Shown in pieces: positions 58,993 to 64,000 of a stretch of 64,000 nt of DNA. The stretch's first letter is position 1. Each line of letters starts with the position of its first letter. The stretch is from Podarcis filfolensis (Eukaryota). Position numbers and translations under genes: made by a program. The stretch lies in the NCBI GenBank assembly GCA_964270895.1, contig OZ185443.1; one strand, 5' to 3'. The notes below the pieces were generated by a model, which did no database searches, had not been told where the DNA came from, and saw nothing but the letters and a program-made list of their open reading frames with translations.

Positions 58993-61417
58993 GTTAAAGT
59001 TTAGCAGGATGTGCTTCTCATATGTGATAATTATTATTTTTATTTAAATAGTATTAAAAATATATAAAAATAAAAAGAAATTCTTCTTAGTGGCCTCCAG
59101 CATGAGCCAAACTTTTAATCTAATCTGTTATCGCTGCTCAGCAGGCAGTCTTGGCAACTCTGATCTATTCTGCTTTGCTTTGGGGAATGCAATAAAGAGC
59201 AAAGAACAGCTGGTTTAGGAAAGTCTTAGAAACGTCTCTGTAGTTTACAAAGACAATAATAATATTTTCATATTTGAATGAGTTTAGATACATGTTAAAC
59301 CACACCAAAGGGGAAAATCAAGCCTTTTCAAAATGTTTTCTCAAGTCAAAGAACACTACAAAAATGTTCTGCATCCCTGAGAGTTAAAAGAAATCAAGAA
59401 CACTGTACACAAATATTCTTTTGAAAAGCCTTTTTTCCAAAAGTGCTTCACATTCGCCTATGCCTTGTTTTAACTCTTATTATTTATGCAACTTTTTTAA
59501 AAAGCTGCACAAATTTCATAAATAATTATTATACAACTTAAGGTGTGATAGAGTTGCACCCGCTAATTTCTTCTACTCTTCACATTACAGTGATTGCATT
59601 CAGATGAAATACCAAACCATAGTTTGGCTATAGATAGATGGACAGAGCTAAGGAGAGTCGAGAATCAAGCTTGAGCTATCCTCCCTCATGTGCTAAGGAT
59701 TTTAAAGTTGATTTCCTGTTTGTCAACAAACCATAGTTTCCCATTGTGTCCAAGTGCAGTGTACTATGGTTTGCTCCAATGACAGTATGCTCTTAAACCA
59801 AGATCCCAAATCACAGTTTGATCCTAGTTTAAGAGCAAACTATGATTTGAGCAAAATATATTCATTGCTTTTGGATCTAAGAGGAAGTCACTTAAGAATC
59901 CTCAGAGGAAGGATGGAGAACACAAGGCTGAGACTCAGTTTTACACAGTTCTGTTTGTGCACATTAGTGCCAAACCACGGCATTAAGAGTCTTACTGCCT
60001 CAGCTTTCTTATACAACAACATAATTTACACTTTTAAGGTAAACATGGAAAGAGATAATGCAAGGAAAAACAGCTTTGCAATTATATAGTCACAATTTTG
60101 TATTTCAAAAGGTGGTACAATATCAGAGAGCAGGACACAGTTCATTTTGTGGATAGAGATGGACAGAAACATTTTAAAAAGCAACAAGTAGTGTCTGTGG
60201 CCCAGGCAAATTAATTCTCATAAATTTAAATGGAAGGCATTTAAGCACTGTGGAACAATCACAGTGGGAATTAAAAGTGTCTGTCTTTGCCTGCACTGTG
60301 CTCATAATCCTTTGCTAGGGGACAGTAGCATATATGCAAAGTAAAAAAAAAAGCAGAATAATTTATGATAATTAGGTTAAAGTTGGAGCAGCTGGAGGAT
60401 AAGACATCCCCTGCAAAACATTTTGATAGTACCGAGAAAGGTGATAGTAGACCACAGGGACAATCCAGAAAAAGTTGAGTGTTCCTAAAACCCATTGGTG
60501 ACAAAGGACTTAAGCACAATGTAAATTTATCTGGATTGTGTCCCATGTATGGTCACCATAGATCTTGTGGCCTAGATTCTCTTCTCTATTACATAATACA
60601 TTAAGAATAACATTTACTATGCTGTGGTCTCATGTGTTTATCAAACGCCACTATTTTGCCCAATGTGTTTAGCAACACCATGGAACTGGTCCAAATCCTG
60701 CAAATATGTTGAAGGTTTGCTTTAGTCCTCTAGATATGTTTAACTTATATTACTACAAAATCAGCTTTCTTAAAAGGACAACAAACTTTTTCAAAAAATG
60801 AAGTAGACATCTCATGTAGTCTTCTGAGTCCATATTTGTATTTCAAAATTTCAAGTGAACATTTCTTGTGAACATTTCTGAGGCATCAGGCATTTTGGGG
60901 CTCCTCGCTGATGATTTAACACCCACTATTCCACCTGAGGCTGCCTGTGACCTCTGATATGGCCCTTTTAGCACAGTGCTTCAAAGAGGACAGGACATCA
61001 ACTTCCTTTATTGCTACCTGGCACTCTTCTGTTTCTTTGCTTGCCTTTCCTTTGATCCTCTGTTTGGACTGAGGGGTTTTCCCTGGTCTTCCATTTCTCC
61101 CTATGGCTGGGATTACTTTCCTCTGTGACTTCGTTTGGAACATTCCTGAAAACCCAACCTTTTTTCTTGGTCTTCCTCCCTTACTGCTTTTCGGGGTGTG
61201 TTTTTGTTGTTGTTGTTTACAATTTTTAAAAGTGTGATAATAATATTAAACTTACATCAACAGTTTCTCCCATATACCATTTCCATATTTGCATATTTTT
61301 TCTATGTCCCCTTCCCCAATGGCTTGTCAATATTTAGGCTGAATGTCTTTGGGCAGCTTTCAACTGCAACTAAATGCTTAGTTTATTTTAAGTGCTATAC
61401 AAAATAATAAATATTGT

Positions 61418-61447
61418 AATGATGATGATGATGATGATGATGATGAT
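61418..61447. repeat. (GAT)n microsatellite
   Basis: Read directly. Confidence 0.9.
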
Positions 61448-61587
61448 AACTCCACTTTGAATCCAAATTATAGGGTTGAATCGAAAGAACCATGAGTAAA
61501 AAATAAAAAACCCACTAATGCTATTTTGTAAGCAGTGCTGTAGTTGGTTAGGTTCGACAGCAGTTCCCATTCTTCTGCTTGTGCACA

Positions 61588-61745
61588 AGAATATAGGAAG
61601 ATGTCTTATAATGAGTCTGGCCCATTCAGCTCAGTAGTACGGTCTGCACTAAGTAGTGACAGCTCCTCAGGGTTTCAGTCAGGAGTCTTTCCCAGCCCTA
61701 CCAGAAGATGCCAGAGATTGAACCTGGAACCTTTTGCATGCAAAA
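61588..61745 (-). mobile_element. tRNA-derived SINE with CR1-like tail
   Basis: Minus strand TTTGCATGCAAAAGGTTCCAGGTTCAATCTCTGGCATC...GAAACCCTGAGGAGC...CTTCCTATATTC. Confidence 0.65.
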
Positions 61746-62366
61746 AATTAAGCAGTGACCCTTTTATAGTATTTGCAGAAGCAGGAGAACAGTTTCACAT
61801 TTAGTTCCACTTTTCTGACACACAACACTCCAGCGAAAGGTATAAAACAGGCCTCTTCTACATGAGAGATCCTCAGAAGAGAAATAATAATGCACATTCT
61901 GAGGCTATTCATTTGCACACAGGTGTGATGCTTCAAGCCGGAAGCAAGTTGTCAGTTAGGTGCTGGTCTCTGCCTTCTCTGGGAACACCCACTGGGAGCT
62001 CTCCCAGGTCCTGCAGAGCCTGTGCTCAATCCTGATTTACCAGAGTTTGCACTCTGGACCTGTTGCCTAGATCCTGTTGCCTTGAGACTAAGCAACTGGA
62101 TAAAGGGCAGTGCCCAGGAGTGATGGCTTAGTGTCCCATGGGGAGAACAGGACAAACTGTACACTATGCCAAGTTAACATAATGAATTTTAAGAAAAGAA
62201 ACACTTAACTGTAGATTATCTGATTATCTAGATCAAATTGTAAGACCCCTGAACAGTATTTTCTGAATAAAACACATTAGGATACACATAGGATGTTTTG
62301 CACAATGTGTTAGCAATAAAAGGTATACACAATTATAATACGTTACTATTTACAATGTTGATTTAC

Positions 62367-62559
62367 CTGGTATGTGACCTCTGCAAGTGTAATAGAATTC
62401 TTTACAATAATCCTTGCACAGGAAAGGAAGGTCTAGTTCTCTTCCCAATGCCTCCTTCTCAGTTGAGTGGAACAGATTCTGAGCATTCGGCGAACAGTGT
62501 GCACATTTGATTTCCTGCAGCATCTTCACACATTCTGTGTTGTTGGTAACTGAAAAGAT
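62367..62559 (-). CDS. HHIP: HHIP exon 2 (IFSVTNNTECVKMLQEIKCAHCSPNAQNLFHSTEKEALGRELDLPFLCKDYCKEFYYTCRGHIPG)
   Basis: 193 nt; acceptor ttgcag|ATC, donor CCAG|gtaaat; Cys-rich domain peptide. Confidence 0.98.
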
Positions 62560-64000
62560 CTGCAAGCCACAAACCAGAGAAATATAAGCTTTCCCGCCTT
62601 CTGCAAAAAGGCCTGTGAACTAATGCAAATATCTGATGCCAGTTTAATCAGGGCAGTTATACAGAAATACATGTAAAAGCAGCAATGTCACAGGCAAACA
62701 CACATATGTCTAAGCAACCGGGCACCCATAATTTACCAGTATTTTTAGCACAAGTCTGTGCAGTTTCTCTGCAGCCCTGAAAGCCAATCAGTTTAGTCAA
62801 AAGCCAACTCACTGCCAGCTCTAGAATGGGACTGCTTGATTATCACTGGCCCCATATCATCTTATGAAGTTGATCTACAGCACAGTAGAAACCACATTCA
62901 TCAACAAAAATATGAGTATTTTTGCTTTTAACATTTGGAACACTATCTGAATGAATGCACAATGTATAATGAACAGTCACTGAAACTTGTCATAATTAAA
63001 TTCATAGTTGAATAGCAATAGAGAACCTCAGGCTTAATGACTAAACTTTCCCTTTTGCCAGCAACACATCCATAGAACTGGCCACATCCTGCTTTGGTTT
63101 TCATTCCAATCTGATCAACGTGGGGATACTAAACAGAGAAGCTCATGAAGGTGGTAGTGGTAGCTGGCTACTGCGTTTCTGGTAGGTACAACTGCTGTTG
63201 GTTTATATGGTTTAGATTGTTTGGCATAGTGATTTCACCAAATCTCATATTTCCTGTCCTGTCAGTATGAAACTTGGGGGCACATAATGTTTCAAATAAG
63301 GATTCATAATTTTTCTCCAGTTTAGTTTTCAATACAAACTGGCGAACAATTTAGTTTATTTTCACCTTTCCATGGTCATCTAAATCCTCTCTCCCTTCCT
63401 TCCCTCTCCCATGCATGACAGTCCTCTGTGATATACTTACATGACAAACTCCATACCAGGGATGGTCAACAGGAAGCCCTCAGTCTATGTTAAGATATAT
63501 TAATCTAGTCAATAGATTTTTCTAAAAGTGGATTGTAAAATATTGCCAGCAGTTGCATTTGAAAGGAAAATTGTTATCAAAAGGTCTTTCTTTGTGTGTG
63601 TGTGTGAGAGAGAGAGAGAGTGTGCATGAATGTGATTCCAGACTTTAATGTTCCAACACTCTTTGGATTTTGTATGTGCCATAACAGGGAAATCCTTCCT
63701 CCTAGATGACACCAACTTTATTAAATGACCCCATCCCTCATAAGAGAGATTTTCTGCCTGTAGGCCACTATCTGGAAAATATTATGGCTCCCCCAAGAAT
63801 ATAGAAATTGGCCAGTAAACCATTTTGCATTGAAAAGCCCTACAGTCAAAAAGCAACTGCATTTATATATAAAAAAGACATGACAATATTTCACTCCTTG
63901 CATGTTCCCATTTATTTGTAACTTACTACCTGAAAGTCAAATGCAATATTTATTTCAGCATGCATATGGATGTCTTTTTATATTTTTTTTCAGATTTTTA

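Larger units (their letters stand above)
5501..62559 (-). other. HHIP: HHIP gene body, coding exons 2-13 (exon 1 is outside the window to the right)
   Basis: Twelve GT-AG exons of 193,157,202,152,174,144,122,124,131,82,149,194 nt join in frame to 607 aa plus stop. The peptides match the HHIP architecture: Cys-rich/Frizzled-like N-domain, beta-propeller, two EGF repeats, C-terminus ...ILDQIIDMTSYLLDLTSYIV. Confidence 0.99.

Noticed and set aside
1-64000. CRISPR arrays, operons or prokaryotic defence systems
   Set aside because: This is vertebrate intron-exon DNA. There are no regularly spaced direct repeats with unique spacers, and all dispersed repeats are explained by eukaryotic TEs.

Overview
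Vertebrate genomic DNA, almost certainly from a squamate reptile and probably a lacertid lizard (inferred from Sauria SINE, BovB, Squam3/Ther1-type SINEs and other lizard-type repeats). The window holds most of one gene, HHIP (Hedgehog-interacting protein), on the minus strand. Coding exons 2-13 can be traced by hand: 62367-62559, 54215-54371, 52026-52227, 24686-24837, 22980-23153, 22242-22385, 20081-20202, 18886-19009, 17520-17650, 15932-16013, 6918-7066, 5501-5694. All have GT-AG boundaries and join in frame to 1824 nt (607 aa plus TAG stop at 5501-5503). Exon 1 lies beyond the right edge. Intron 4 is about 27 kb, and a probable long 3' UTR runs left of 5500. The rest is intronic DNA with transposon fragments (L2, CR1, RTE, BovB, L1, SINEs, Tc1/mariner, hAT and Harbinger-type MITEs) and microsatellites. 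Almost all entries in the ORF track are spurious or repeat-derived. I found no new protein-coding system. The best leads are regulatory and TE-related: GLI-binding motifs spread through the introns of this Hedgehog feedback gene (including a close pair at 14912-14954), an NRF1/CpG-retaining element, a D-box array, paired miRNA seed sites, an L1 3' end nested in a MITE with a 19-bp TSD, and a MITE with an apparent 7-bp TSD. Comparisons with human HHIP and repeat consensus sequences are from memory; no search was run.
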